The translations under genes were made by a program, and so were the position numbers. DNA of 62,320 nt, the filler included. It is 5 parts of 5 records of this genome, joined end to end, with 100 filler letters (N's around TTAATTAATTAA, not from the genome) between each part and the next. Parts side by side here need not be neighbours in the genome. Positions count along the whole stretch, not along the records: positions 39,232 to 55,433 come from SRR2962707_5388; 4 more parts are not named here. One strand, written 5' to 3'. Below are positions 40,920-50,312 of this stretch, piece after piece (the first letter of the stretch is position 1; every line of letters starts with the position of its first letter). The notes below the pieces were generated by a model. That model saw nothing but the letters and a program-made list of their open reading frames with translations, was not told the origin of the DNA and did not search any database.

Positions 40920-41102
40920 ATGTTTCAGTCTGTAACGAAGGCCCCGATTGGGACCACGGCGCGTACCGGCGAAGTTTGCCCGGAGAGCGGCGTGTGGAAG
41001 GTGAGCGGCACGCCGTCGACCACGGCACCGATCGCGAAGGGCAATCGCATGCCGCCCTACAACAACAAGGCGGTTACGTGGATGCTCATCCAGTACGCAT
41101 GA
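40920..41102 (+). CDS. 60-aa YjzC-like small protein
   Basis: GAGAGG RBS; TGEVCPESGVW..APIAKGNRMPP..VTWMLI matches the YjzC-like G-x-x-x-P-x-SG-x-[YW]..G-x-x-[FM]PP..W pattern. Confidence 0.75.
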   Translation: MFQSVTKAPIGTTARTGEVCPESGVWKVSGTPSTTAPIAKGNRMPPYNNKAVTWMLIQYA

Positions 41103-41179
41103 GCCCGGTGTGAGTATGAGAGGGGCGGTCGCGGGATAACTAGAGGCAACAGCCTGCCCGCGACCAATCCCGAGAAGTC

Positions 41180-42007
41180 CTACGATCTCTTCCACTCCGC
41201 TCGGCGCTTCTCTATCCAGGCCTTGACCCCTTCCTTGTAGTCGGGGTGCTTAATCATCTCTTCCAGCAGCCGCTCGGCGGCCACCACAGCGCCTGCCGCG
41301 TCCCGGTGGAGGTCGGTATAAATCTGCTTCTTGGTCTCACGGAGCGAGCCGGGCGAGACGCCGTCCGCCATCTTGCGGGCGTAGTCCATGACATGGGGCA
41401 TGAGGTCGGCTTCAGCCACGAGCTTGTTCAGGAAGCCCATTTCCATCGCCTCTTCCGAGGTGAAGACCCGGCTCGACAACAGGATGTCGTTTGCATGGGT
41501 CAGCCCGACGATGCGCGGCAGCACCCATGAAAGCCCAAACTCAGCCGGGAAATTGAAGCGGCCATGGGCGGCGGTGAATTTCGCGCCGGGGACGCAGAAG
41601 CGGAGGTCCGCAAAGGAAGCAAGCACGAGGCCAACCCCCGCCGCCGCACCGTTGATCGCGGCGATGACGGGTTTCGTGAGGCCAAAATGATAGGCGAAGG
41701 TCGCGTCGAACTCGGGCGCAACGCCATAGCCGGGCTTGGCAATGTCGTCGCTCGTGCCGCTGTCATAGCGGCCTTTCTCCGAGTGGCCTTCCAGCGCCGC
41801 CATATCCGCGCCCGCGCAGAAGGCTTTCCCCTCCGGGTCACCCGTCACGACAATGACGCGAACGGCAGGGTCCTTGTCGGCCTCCGCCAGCACCCAGCGA
41901 TATTCGGTGTGCATGCGGCCGGTCCAGGCGTTGCGGCGCTTCGGGCGCGACAGCGTGACCGTGGCGACACCGTCTGCGATGTCGTAGCGGAGGGCTTTAA
42001 GTTCCAT
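41180..42007 (-). CDS. Enoyl-CoA hydratase/isomerase family protein
   Basis: LSRPKRRNA, AFCAGADM and KPVIAAINGAAAGVG. Confidence 0.92.
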   Translation of the reverse strand: MELKALRYDIADGVATVTLSRPKRRNAWTGRMHTEYRWVLAEADKDPAVRVIVVTGDPEGKAFCAGADMAALEGHSEKGRYDSGTSDDIAKPGYGVAPEFDATFAYHFGLTKPVIAAINGAAAGVGLVLASFADLRFCVPGAKFTAAHGRFNFPAEFGLSWVLPRIVGLTHANDILLSSRVFTSEEAMEMGFLNKLVAEADLMPHVMDYARKMADGVSPGSLRETKKQIYTDLHRDAAGAVVAAERLLEEMIKHPDYKEGVKAWIEKRRAEWKRS

Positions 42008-42011
42008 CGTC

Positions 42012-42812
42012 CTACTCTGCGCTCTCGATATAGCTGCGGATGATCTCGACAATGCGCGCGGGCTGCTCCGGCAACATGGCGTGACCGGCATTGGGCAGTT
42101 CGACCAGCGTCGCGCGCGCGCCGAGGCGTTTCTTCAGGTCATGCGCGTTTGCGGGCAGCGCGATTGTATCTTCCGTCGCCTGCACGACGAGGATCGGCTG
42201 GCCGCCCGCCTCCCACCAGTCCTCGACCGGCGTTGCGCGCACGGCGGAGGACTGCATCAGCATGACTTGTCCGCACCAGCCGCCGCGCCAGACTTCCGGG
42301 TCGTTTCCCTTGGCGAAAAAACCGTAGCGCACGCATTCGATGTGTTCGTCCGGCGACAGGCTCTCGTCGAAGCAGCCGATCAGAGCCTTGCGGGCCTCCG
42401 CAGGCATCTCGATGAGCCCGCCACAGGCAAGCAGGCCCACGCGGGAAACAAGTTCGGGCCTATCCGCCGCCGCCGTTCGCGCGAGGCGATTGCCGAAGGC
42501 ATGGCCGATCAGCATGACGGGCGCCGCCGTCTGTGTTTCGATCACGGCGGCGACATCCTCCGCGAGATCGTGCAACGTCAGCCCTTCCATCGGGCCTTCG
42601 CTGCCGCCAAGTCCGCGGGGCTCGGGCAGCGTCACGCGGCAGCCCTTGCCCGCCAGCGCTACCGCCACTTCATCGAAATCGGTTCCGGGCCGCCCGAGAG
42701 ATGCCAGCATGACGACGGGCTTGCCGCCCGCCCTGCCGATCGTGCGGCCTGTCAGCAAGACAGCGTGGCCGTCGCCGTCGGTCCTTGAGATGCTGTAGCT
42801 CTCGAAATCCAT
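42012..42812 (-). CDS. Alpha/beta-hydrolase-fold protein; the nucleophile elbow reads GHAFG
   Basis: PRGLGGS, LIGHAFGNRLA and NAGHAMLPEQP. Confidence 0.85.
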   Translation of the reverse strand: MDFESYSISRTDGDGHAVLLTGRTIGRAGGKPVVMLASLGRPGTDFDEVAVALAGKGCRVTLPEPRGLGGSEGPMEGLTLHDLAEDVAAVIETQTAAPVMLIGHAFGNRLARTAAADRPELVSRVGLLACGGLIEMPAEARKALIGCFDESLSPDEHIECVRYGFFAKGNDPEVWRGGWCGQVMLMQSSAVRATPVEDWWEAGGQPILVVQATEDTIALPANAHDLKKRLGARATLVELPNAGHAMLPEQPARIVEIIRSYIESAE

Positions 42813-42842
42813 TCACCCCTCCCCGAGCGGATGACGGACAGT

Positions 42843-45278
42843 CTAGCTTCTCAGCGTGCCGCCTGTCGCCTTTTCGACCGCCGCGACGATGCGCTTCGAC
42901 ACGCCCTCGATTTCCTCGTCTGTCAGCGTCTTCTCGACGGGCTGCAGCGTCACTTCGATGGCGAGCGACTTCTGCCCCTCGCCGAGAGACCCGCCCTCAA
43001 AGACGTCGAAGAGCGAGACATCGGCAATCAGCTTCTTGTCGGCGCCGCGTGCGGCGCGAAGCGTCTGCTCCGCCGTCACGCTCTCCGCCACCACGAAAGC
43101 GAAGTCGCGACGCAGCGGCTGGAGGTCCGACATGTCGAGCGGCGGCTTCGAGCGTGTGGCTTTCCGCTTCGGCTCCGGGATCGCGTGCGGGAATATCTCG
43201 AAGGCAACCATTGGTCCGGCGACGTCCATCTCATCCAGCACGCGCGGATGAAGCTCACCGAAATAGCCGATGACATTCTTCGGGCCGAGACGGAACACGC
43301 CGGAGCGCCCCGGGTGATACCAGGAGGGCGCATCCGCCGCGATCTGGAAGCTCGCGACCGGCGCGCCGAGGGCTGCGAGAAGCGCGACCGCGTCTTCCTT
43401 CGCGTCCATCGCCTCGACAGGACCGCTCTTGCCCTGCCAATGACGGCCGCTGCCAAGCGGGCGCGCCGTGCCGCGCCTTATGCCGCTTGCCGCAAGCACC
43501 TGACCCGACACCTCATCGCTTTCGAATTGCTGGCCCACCTCGAACATCGCGATGTCCGCGTGGCCCCGCGCCATGTTGCGTCCCGCCGCCGCGATCAGGC
43601 CCGCAAGCAGGCTCGGCCGCATATGGCTCATGTCCGACGAGATCGGATTGGCGAGCTTCAGGCTCGACACGGCGTTGCCGCCGCCGAAAAGCTCCGCGGC
43701 GCGTTCGGAAATGAAAGACCAGGTGACCGCCTCGACAAGCCCGCGCGCGGCAAGCGCACGGCGCGCCATCCGTTCGCGGCGCTGCCGCGTGGAAAGCACC
43801 GGCGTCGCTACCGCATGAAGACGCGGCAGCGCAACCGACTTCACTTCGGAGAGCCCATGCACGCGCACGACCTCTTCCACAAGGTCCGCCTGTCCGTCGA
43901 TATCCGGGCGCCAGGAGGGCACGGAAACGGAGAGCTTCGCGCCCGCTTCCGCAACGCCGAAGCCGAGCGCAGAAAGGATCGCGACCGCTTCCGATTTCGG
44001 GAGTGCGAGGCCCGTCAGCTTTTCGATGCGTCCGGTGTCGAACTCGATTGTCTTCGATGTGTCGGGCACTTTCCCCGCGACAACAACATTGGACGGCTCG
44101 CCGCCGCACATGCCGAGGATCATCTTCGTCGCGAGTTCGAGGCCCGGCAGCACGAATTCCGGGTCGACGCCGCGCTCGAAGCGGTAGCGTGCGTCCGAGA
44201 CGATGCCCGTGTCGCGGCCCGTGCGCGCCGTGCGGTAGGGATCGAAGTAAGCGCTCTCGACAAAGACATCGACGGTCGCTTCCGTCGAGCCGCTTTCCTC
44301 GCCGCCCATCACACCGCCAAAGCCCAGCACCTGCACATCGTCGGCGATGACGCACATCTCGGGACCGGCTTCATATTCCTTGCCGTCGAGGGCGAGGAAT
44401 TTCTCGCCCTTGCGGCCGAGCCGCGCGCGGATATTGCCCTTGAGCTTCGCCGCGTCATAGACGTGAAGCGGGCGGGCGCGGTCGAGCGAGATGAAGTTCG
44501 TGATGTCGACCAACGCATTGATCGGGCGGAGGCCAACCGCCTTCAGATATGTCTGCAGCCATTCGGGCGAGGGGCCGTTCTTCACGCCACGGATCACGCG
44601 GCCCGCGAAAACAGGACAGGCGTTTTCTGCGCCCGCCGGGAAATCGAGTTCGATGCCGACCGGGCTTTCGAAGGTGCCGGGTACGGGCGAGAGGTCGCCT
44701 TCGAGAAGACGGCCAAGACCCGCCGCTGCGAGGTCGCGCGCGACGCCATAGACGCCGAGACAATCGGGACGGTTCGGCGTGATCGCAATTTCGATCACGG
44801 GGTCATTGCGGCCAAGCACTTCGGCTGCGGGCGTGCCGACCTTCCAGTCGCCTTTCAGGTCGATGATGCCTTCGTGATCTTCCGAGAGTTCGAGTTCGCG
44901 CTCCGAACACATCATGCCGTTCGACTCGACGCCGCGGATTTTCGTCGGCTTCAGCACCATGCCGGTCGCAGGGATCGTCGCACCGGGCGGCGCGAATATA
45001 CCTGTCATGCCGGCGCGTGCATTCGGCGCGCCGCAGACGACCTGCAACTGCTTCACTTCACCTTCGACAAGCGCCTCGACTTTCAGCACCTGCAGTTTGT
45101 CGGCGTCGGGATGCGGGCCCGCTTCCAGAACTTTCGCGACAGAGAAGACCGAGAGCTTTTTTGCCGGATCTTCCACACCCTCGACCTCAAGGCCGAGCAT
45201 GGTCAGCTTCTCGACGATCTGGTCGAGCGAGGCATCGGTTTCGAGCGGGTTCTTCAGCCAGCTGAGCGTGAACTTCAC
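42843..45278 (-). CDS. pheT: Phenylalanine-tRNA ligase beta subunit
   Basis: [31 protein letters not shown] and RRDFAF. Confidence 0.98.
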   Translation of the reverse strand: MKFTLSWLKNPLETDASLDQIVEKLTMLGLEVEGVEDPAKKLSVFSVAKVLEAGPHPDADKLQVLKVEALVEGEVKQLQVVCGAPNARAGMTGIFAPPGATIPATGMVLKPTKIRGVESNGMMCSERELELSEDHEGIIDLKGDWKVGTPAAEVLGRNDPVIEIAITPNRPDCLGVYGVARDLAAAGLGRLLEGDLSPVPGTFESPVGIELDFPAGAENACPVFAGRVIRGVKNGPSPEWLQTYLKAVGLRPINALVDITNFISLDRARPLHVYDAAKLKGNIRARLGRKGEKFLALDGKEYEAGPEMCVIADDVQVLGFGGVMGGEESGSTEATVDVFVESAYFDPYRTARTGRDTGIVSDARYRFERGVDPEFVLPGLELATKMILGMCGGEPSNVVVAGKVPDTSKTIEFDTGRIEKLTGLALPKSEAVAILSALGFGVAEAGAKLSVSVPSWRPDIDGQADLVEEVVRVHGLSEVKSVALPRLHAVATPVLSTRQRRERMARRALAARGLVEAVTWSFISERAAELFGGGNAVSSLKLANPISSDMSHMRPSLLAGLIAAAGRNMARGHADIAMFEVGQQFESDEVSGQVLAASGIRRGTARPLGSGRHWQGKSGPVEAMDAKEDAVALLAALGAPVASFQIAADAPSWYHPGRSGVFRLGPKNVIGYFGELHPRVLDEMDVAGPMVAFEIFPHAIPEPKRKATRSKPPLDMSDLQPLRRDFAFVVAESVTAEQTLRAARGADKKLIADVSLFDVFEGGSLGEGQKSLAIEVTLQPVEKTLTDEEIEGVSKRIVAAVEKATGGTLRS

Positions 45279-46366
45279 GACGAGAGCCCTCCCGCGAGCG
45301 TCGGCACATCGAGCGCCGCGAAACCATAGTGACGCAGCCAGCGCAGATCGGCCTCGAAGAAGGCGCGCAGGTCCGGGATGCCGTATTTCAGCATCGCAAT
45401 CCGATCGATCCCCATGCCGAAAGCAAAGCCCTGATATTTTTCCGGGTCGATGCCGGCTGCCTTCAAGACGTTCGGATGGACCATGCCGCAGCCGAGAATT
45501 TCCAGCCAGTCATCGCCTTCGCCGATGCGGATTTCATTGCCGAGACGCGCGCAGCGCACATCGACTTCCATCGACGGCTCCGTGAACGGGAAGAAAGACG
45601 GGCGCATGCGAAGCTCCACGCCGTCCACCTCGAAGAAGGCACGCAGGAATTCTTCCAGCGTCCACTTCAAATGTCCGAGATGCGTCGTCTCGTCGATAAC
45701 GAGGCCTTCGATCTGGTGGAATTGCGGCGTATGCGTCTGGTCGCTGTCATTGCGATAGGTACGGCCGGGGCAGATGAAACGGAAGGGCGGCTTGCCCGCT
45801 TCCATGGTGCGCACCTGCACCGGGCTTGTATGCGTGCGGAGCAGCATGCGCGAGCCGTCGGCTTTCGGTTCGAAATAGAATGTGTCGTGCATTTCACGCG
45901 CGGGATGACCTTCGGGGAAGTTCAGCGCGCCGAAATTATAGTGGTCCGTCTCGATATCCGGGCCCTGCTCCACGGCAAAGCCCATATCGGCGAAGATCGC
46001 GACGACTTCGTCCCACACCTGGCTCAGCGGATGGATGCGGCCCGTCTCGAGCGCTGAGGCCCGCACCGGCAGTGTCACATCGATCTTTTCGCCTGCGAGC
46101 CGCGCTTCGAGAACTGACTCGTGCATTGCCTGCTTGCGCGCGGCGAGCGCCTCCGTCAGGCGGTCCTTCAGGCCGTTGAGCTTCGGGCCCATCTCCTTGC
46201 GCTCTTCGGGCGACATACCGCCGAGCCCCTTCATCAGCTCGGAGACGCGGCCCTTCTTGCCCAGCGCTGCCACGCGCACGGCTTCGAGCGTGTCGATATC
46301 CACCGCATCGGCAATTGCCGCGGCGAATTCCGCTTCCAGTTTTTCGAGATCGGCGCTGTCGGTCAT
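45275..46366 (-). CDS. pheS: Phenylalanine-tRNA ligase alpha subunit
   Basis: [26 protein letters not shown] and GFAFGMG. Confidence 0.98.
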   Translation of the reverse strand: MTDSADLEKLEAEFAAAIADAVDIDTLEAVRVAALGKKGRVSELMKGLGGMSPEERKEMGPKLNGLKDRLTEALAARKQAMHESVLEARLAGEKIDVTLPVRASALETGRIHPLSQVWDEVVAIFADMGFAVEQGPDIETDHYNFGALNFPEGHPAREMHDTFYFEPKADGSRMLLRTHTSPVQVRTMEAGKPPFRFICPGRTYRNDSDQTHTPQFHQIEGLVIDETTHLGHLKWTLEEFLRAFFEVDGVELRMRPSFFPFTEPSMEVDVRCARLGNEIRIGEGDDWLEILGCGMVHPNVLKAAGIDPEKYQGFAFGMGIDRIAMLKYGIPDLRAFFEADLRWLRHYGFAALDVPTLAGGLSS

Positions 46367-46580
46367 CTTCTCACCGGCTTCTGATCGTTTCGCGAAAACA
46401 CGTGTTCACTCAAATCGCCCGATGCCTGCGCAAGGCAGGCTCTCGGGTGACATGAGGGAAACGGCGTGCGAACGATGCTATCGACCGGCGATCCGCCTCA
46501 CCCCCGAGAACGGCACATGCTGACACGCACGCGCCCCGGACGGGTGACCGGCTCTGGCTGTCCTTCGGCCAAGCGCACTC

Positions 46581-46937
46581 TTAGTTGAGCGCGGCTTCCG
46601 CCTGGGCGACCAGAGCCTTGAAGGCCTCGGGCTCATGGATGGCGAGATCGGAGAGCACCTTGCGGTCCACCTCGATGCCAGCCTTGGCGAGGCCGTCGAT
46701 AAATCGCGAATAGGTCAGGCCGTGCTCGCGAACGCCCGCATTGATGCGCTGGATCCAGAGCGCGCGGAAGTTGCGCTTGCGCGTGCGACGGTCGCGATAG
46801 GCATACTGGCCGGCCTTCTCGACGGCCTGATTGGCCGTGCGGAAGGTATTCTTGCGGCGGCCGTAATAGCCCTTCGCCTGCTTGATGATCTTGCGGTGCC
46901 GGGCATGGGCGGTAACGCCCCTTTTGACGCGCGACAT
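46581..46937 (-). CDS. rplT: 50S ribosomal protein L20
   Basis: [24 protein letters not shown]. Confidence 0.99.
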   Translation of the reverse strand: MSRVKRGVTAHARHRKIIKQAKGYYGRRKNTFRTANQAVEKAGQYAYRDRRTRKRNFRALWIQRINAGVREHGLTYSRFIDGLAKAGIEVDRKVLSDLAIHEPEAFKALVAQAEAALN

Positions 46938-46973
46938 GAGAATTCTCCTCGAAAGAAAATGGGACCTAAGCGG

Positions 46974-47180
46974 TTATTTCAGGCCGTAGGGCGCGAAAAT
47001 CTTCACAATCCGCTTCGCATCGGGCTCGGCGACGAGCGTCGTGCCGCGCAGGTTGCGGATCTGCTTGTTGGTCCGTTTGATCATGCCGTGCTGCTTGCCG
47101 GTCTGGCCGCGCTTCACTTTTCCGGTGGCGGTGAAGCTGAAACGCTTCTTGACGCCACTCTTGGTCTTCAGCTTGGGCAT
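46974..47180 (-). CDS. rpmI: 50S ribosomal protein L35
   Basis: [14 protein letters not shown]; upstream of rplT. Confidence 0.98.
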   Translation of the reverse strand: MPKLKTKSGVKKRFSFTATGKVKRGQTGKQHGMIKRTNKQIRNLRGTTLVAEPDAKRIVKIFAPYGLK

Positions 47181-47270
47181 TTTGCTCTCCGTGTTTTAAG
47201 GAACCTGTCCTTGAAGACCTTGAATTCATTGAAGAATTCGGAAGGTGGCGGGTCCGGGTCTTGGCATTAC

Positions 47271-47307
47271 GGGCGGTCACGGCATGCCCTACAGGCCGGG
47301 CCACCCC
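47271..47307 (-). promoter_or_regulatory. Candidate structured leader of rpmI-rplT
   Basis: On the minus strand GGGGTGGCCCGGC-CTGTAGGGCAT-GCCGTGACCGCCC forms an imperfect hairpin about 90 nt before rpmI. Confidence 0.35.
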
Positions 47308-47369
47308 GAAGCGGCGGATTTATAAGGGAAAAGACCCGCGCGTCAAGCAGTGCGGGCGGGTTTCCGTCC

Positions 47370-47416
47370 ATACGCAGGCTTGATGCGCATGGATAATGCG
47401 CATAGACTATGCGCAT
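47370..47416. promoter_or_regulatory. Array of ATGCGCAT palindromes, putative CcdA operators
   Basis: Exact copies at 47383, 47396 and 47409, and a degenerate ATACGCAG at 47370; 13-nt period. Confidence 0.7.
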
Positions 47417-47636
47417 GCCAAAGAAAGCGGTCAATCTCTCGGTCGATGCAGGCCTTCTCGCCAAGGCGAGGGAGCAGCAGATGAACCTGTCTTCCCTCCT
47501 CGAAGAGGCGCTTTCCAAAAGCGTTCGGGAGAAGGAAGAAAGGCGCTGGCGCGAGGAGAACAAGGCCGCAATCGAAGCCTCTAACCGCTTCACCGACGAC
47601 AACGGCATCTTCGGTGATGACTTCCGGTCGTTCTGA
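47409..47636 (+). CDS. ccdA: CcdA-family antitoxin
   Basis: KKAVNLSVDAGLL..MNLS..RWREENKAAI..GIFGDDFRSF. Confidence 0.9.
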   Translation: MRMPKKAVNLSVDAGLLAKAREQQMNLSSLLEEALSKSVREKEERRWREENKAAIEASNRFTDDNGIFGDDFRSF

Positions 47637-47953
47637 TGGCGGTTATGGATATTCACCCCAATCCCGAACCGCGAACGCGCGGCGCCCTGCCCTACATCAT
47701 CGAGTTGCAGGCCGATCTGCTGAGCGATCTCAACACGCGCCTGGCCGCTCCCTTCGCACCCGCGCGGCTCTACAAGGGCACCGTGCCGCGCCTCAATCCA
47801 GTCATCGAGATCGGCGGCGAGCCGCATGTGCTGCTCACACAGCAAATGGCGGCATTGCCGAAGCGGCTTCTCACTGCGCCGCCTGTCGCCAATGCCGAAG
47901 CGCATCGCTACGAGATCATTGCAGCGGTCGACTTCCTCGTGACCGGCATCTGA
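47636..47953 (+). CDS. ccdB: CcdB-family toxin
   Basis: PYIIELQADLLSDLNTRLAAP, RLNP and EIIAAVDFLVTGI; coupled to ccdA. Confidence 0.9.
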   Translation: MAVMDIHPNPEPRTRGALPYIIELQADLLSDLNTRLAAPFAPARLYKGTVPRLNPVIEIGGEPHVLLTQQMAALPKRLLTAPPVANAEAHRYEIIAAVDFLVTGI

Positions 47954-47966
47954 CGGAGACAAGAAC

Positions 47967-48494
47967 ATGAGCCGATTTTTCGGAAACGTCTGCCAGAACG
48001 GTTATGTCGTGCGCGACATCGAGGCAGCGCTGAAGCATTGGACGGAGGTCATGGGCGTCGGGCCGTTCTATTATATCGACCGCGTGAAGTGCGACTGGTT
48101 CACCTACAGGGGAAAGCCCTCGCCCGTCGAAATGAGCATCGCGCTCGGCAATACCGGCGACCTGCAGATCGAACTCATCCAGCAGCGCAACGATGCGCCT
48201 TCCATGTATATGGATTTCCTGAATGCGGGGCGCGAAGGCCTGCAGCACATGTCCTACTGGACGAGCGACTACCAGGCGCAATACGACCGCGCCATCGCGT
48301 CAGGTTTCAAGGTCGGGCATGAGGGACAGATCGGCGGCGAGCAGGGCCGCTTCGTCTATTTCGACACCGAGACGCATCCCGGCACCGTGATCGAAATGTC
48401 GGATATCAGCGGCTCGAAGGGGCAGTTCTTCGAACACATCCGAAAGGCCGCCATCGATTGGGACGGCAGCAACCCGGTCAGGCACGTCCGCTAA
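47967..48494 (+). CDS. VOC/glyoxalase (methylmalonyl-CoA epimerase-like) protein
   Basis: QNGYVVRDIE, QIELIQ, EGLQHM and FVYFDT..VIE. Confidence 0.88.
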   Translation: MSRFFGNVCQNGYVVRDIEAALKHWTEVMGVGPFYYIDRVKCDWFTYRGKPSPVEMSIALGNTGDLQIELIQQRNDAPSMYMDFLNAGREGLQHMSYWTSDYQAQYDRAIASGFKVGHEGQIGGEQGRFVYFDTETHPGTVIEMSDISGSKGQFFEHIRKAAIDWDGSNPVRHVR

Positions 48495-48521
48495 AGCGAA
48501 CGGACCTCACCGGCGCTCAGG

Positions 48522-49079
48522 TCAGCCGCAATAGACCCTCGAAACATTGTCATCCGCGTCCAGTTCGACATTCAGCCGGTCGGCGCGGAAATCCTGCGTC
48601 ACGGCCTCGTCCGGGCGGATCACGCGGATGGTCGCGACATCTTCACCGGCCGAAATCTCGCTTTCGGCTTCGGAATAGGACTTGCCGGTCCAGGTGCTGC
48701 CGAGCGCGTCGGCCGCTGCCTGACAGCCCGCCGCTTCATCATCCGTTCCGGCGATTGTTGCGGGATCGGTGTTCTCGGCTGCCGCTTCCTCGCCCATCGA
48801 CATGTCATCCGACGACATGTCGCTGCCGGGCATATCGTCGGCAGGCATGTTGCTCTGCGGCATGTCACCCGCGGGCATGGTGCTGTCGGCGGTCCGGTCC
48901 ATCGCGCCCGGCGTCGTGCCACCCGGCTCGGAGGTCATGGGCACGGCGCGCTCCGACGATTCCATCTCGCCCGGCACGGCATTGCCGGCCTGCTCTTCTT
49001 CGTTCTGGTCGCAGGCCGCGACCATCATCAGGGCCGCGACGGCGACCGAGCCCAGCAGGTGCTTTGACGAATATTTCAT
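48522..49079 (-). CDS. Lipoprotein with a C-terminal peptidase inhibitor I78 domain
   Basis: Lipobox VAAC, a Met/Asp/Pro-rich linker, then RVIRPDEAVTQDFRADRLNVELD..VYCG. Confidence 0.85.
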   Translation of the reverse strand: MKYSSKHLLGSVAVAALMMVAACDQNEEEQAGNAVPGEMESSERAVPMTSEPGGTTPGAMDRTADSTMPAGDMPQSNMPADDMPGSDMSSDDMSMGEEAAAENTDPATIAGTDDEAAGCQAAADALGSTWTGKSYSEAESEISAGEDVATIRVIRPDEAVTQDFRADRLNVELDADDNVSRVYCG

Positions 49080-49252
49080 GTCTCTCTCCCGTTTATCGTG
49101 AGCCTGTCGGCACAGCCGCGCCCGCGAGGGCAGCATTCACTGCCGGACCGTTCCCTCATCAATGCGTTCAGGCTGAGGTGGTTCCATGACGGAACGCCTT
49201 TTCCGGCGCCGCCACGGTCATATCCGTCCGATTTGCCGCGTGTGGTGGGAAC

Positions 49253-50101
49253 TCAGTCCGCCGCCGTCTGGCCCTCGTACATTTCATCATACCCGCGCTG
49301 CCAGATCAGCTTCGAGCCATCTTCCCGGCCAAGCATCGCGATCGGGTCCACATTATCGACATGCCCGTAAAGGCCGCGATAGACCGAATAGCCGCACAAT
49401 TCCTGCAGACGGCGCGGAAACTTGCGCGCCTCCTCCAGCGGAATGCCAAGCTGCTGGTTCTCCTGCTGGCGCATGAAGCCCGCGCAATAATAGTTCGCGA
49501 CGCAGAAGCGGCGGTCGTCCGAGCGGTTGGTGCCGCCCGCATGCCACAGGCTGCCGTGCCAGAAGAGCACCGAGCCCGCGGGCATCACGCCCGCAACCGT
49601 GTCGCAATCAATGTCGTAATCCGGCATACCGCCCGCCTTGTGGCTGCCCGGCACCAGCCGCGTCGCACCATTCTCTTCCGTGAAGTCCGAAATCGCCCAA
49701 ACGCAGTTCAGCGTGAAGGGCTGGTGCGGCTTCGGCACAGGGATCAGCTGATCGTCCGCATGCAGAGGTTGCGCGCCCTGCCCCGGACACAGCGTGATGG
49801 AACTCACGGACGACACCTGCAATTCCTCGTCGAGCACCTTCTCGGCGAAGGGCAGCGTCGCCGCGTGCATCGGTATCTTCCAGAAGGTCGGGCCGTGAGC
49901 CAGCAGGTTGTAGATGCGCACCGTGCGCTTGCCTTCGAAGTCCGTCTCGCGAAAACCCATGTCATTGTCGCGTTCGACTCGCAGCAGCTCATCCTTGATC
50001 TCGGCGACAAGGTCCGGCTCGATCACATTCTCGAAGATCACATAGCCGTCGCGTTCGAAATCCGCGTATTTCGCTTCCAGGTCGATCTTTCCCTTCGGCA
50101 T
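49253..50101 (-). CDS. Phytanoyl-CoA dioxygenase family (Fe/2OG)
   Basis: QPLHADD, DFTEENGATRLVPGSH and GSLWHAGGTN. Confidence 0.9.
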   Translation of the reverse strand: MPKGKIDLEAKYADFERDGYVIFENVIEPDLVAEIKDELLRVERDNDMGFRETDFEGKRTVRIYNLLAHGPTFWKIPMHAATLPFAEKVLDEELQVSSVSSITLCPGQGAQPLHADDQLIPVPKPHQPFTLNCVWAISDFTEENGATRLVPGSHKAGGMPDYDIDCDTVAGVMPAGSVLFWHGSLWHAGGTNRSDDRRFCVANYYCAGFMRQQENQQLGIPLEEARKFPRRLQELCGYSVYRGLYGHVDNVDPIAMLGREDGSKLIWQRGYDEMYEGQTAAD

Positions 50102-50206
50102 CTCTCCCCCTTTTCCAACACCGGTTTGTCCGGCTTCCTTCCGGCGGACCGGCTCCCCCAAGACCGCCGATTTCAGCCTAGCGCATCGGGCGCGTGATTT
50201 CCAGTT

Positions 50207-50225
50207 TGCGTATTTTAAGTACGCA
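50207..50225. promoter_or_regulatory. Palindrome TGCGTA-N7-TACGCA in the divergent promoter
   Basis: Inverted repeat seen directly, about 105 nt upstream of the dioxygenase start. Confidence 0.45.
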
Positions 50226-50270
50226 TATTTTCTGATGGCGAAACCCTTGCCGGACACGGCATCCTTTCTT

Positions 50271-50288
50271 ATAGTGTATCTACACTAT
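50271..50288. promoter_or_regulatory. Putative MarR operator ATAGTGTA-TC-TACACTAT
   Basis: Perfect 8-bp inverted repeat 24 nt before the Fe-S gene; its 12-nt core recurs before the MarR gene. Confidence 0.7.
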
Positions 50289-50312
50289 ACGGATGAAGGG
50301 GAGACGGACGGC

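Noticed and set aside
42831-45329. 832-aa ORF antisense to pheT (also 32449-34212, 34269-35963, 52252-53616 and 14519-15676)
   Set aside because: Shadow ORFs opposite well-supported high-GC genes, with no recognisable motifs.
46441-46509. Long imperfect inverted repeat between rplT and pheS as a pheM-like attenuator
   Set aside because: No Phe-rich leader peptide or U-tract seen; function unsupported.
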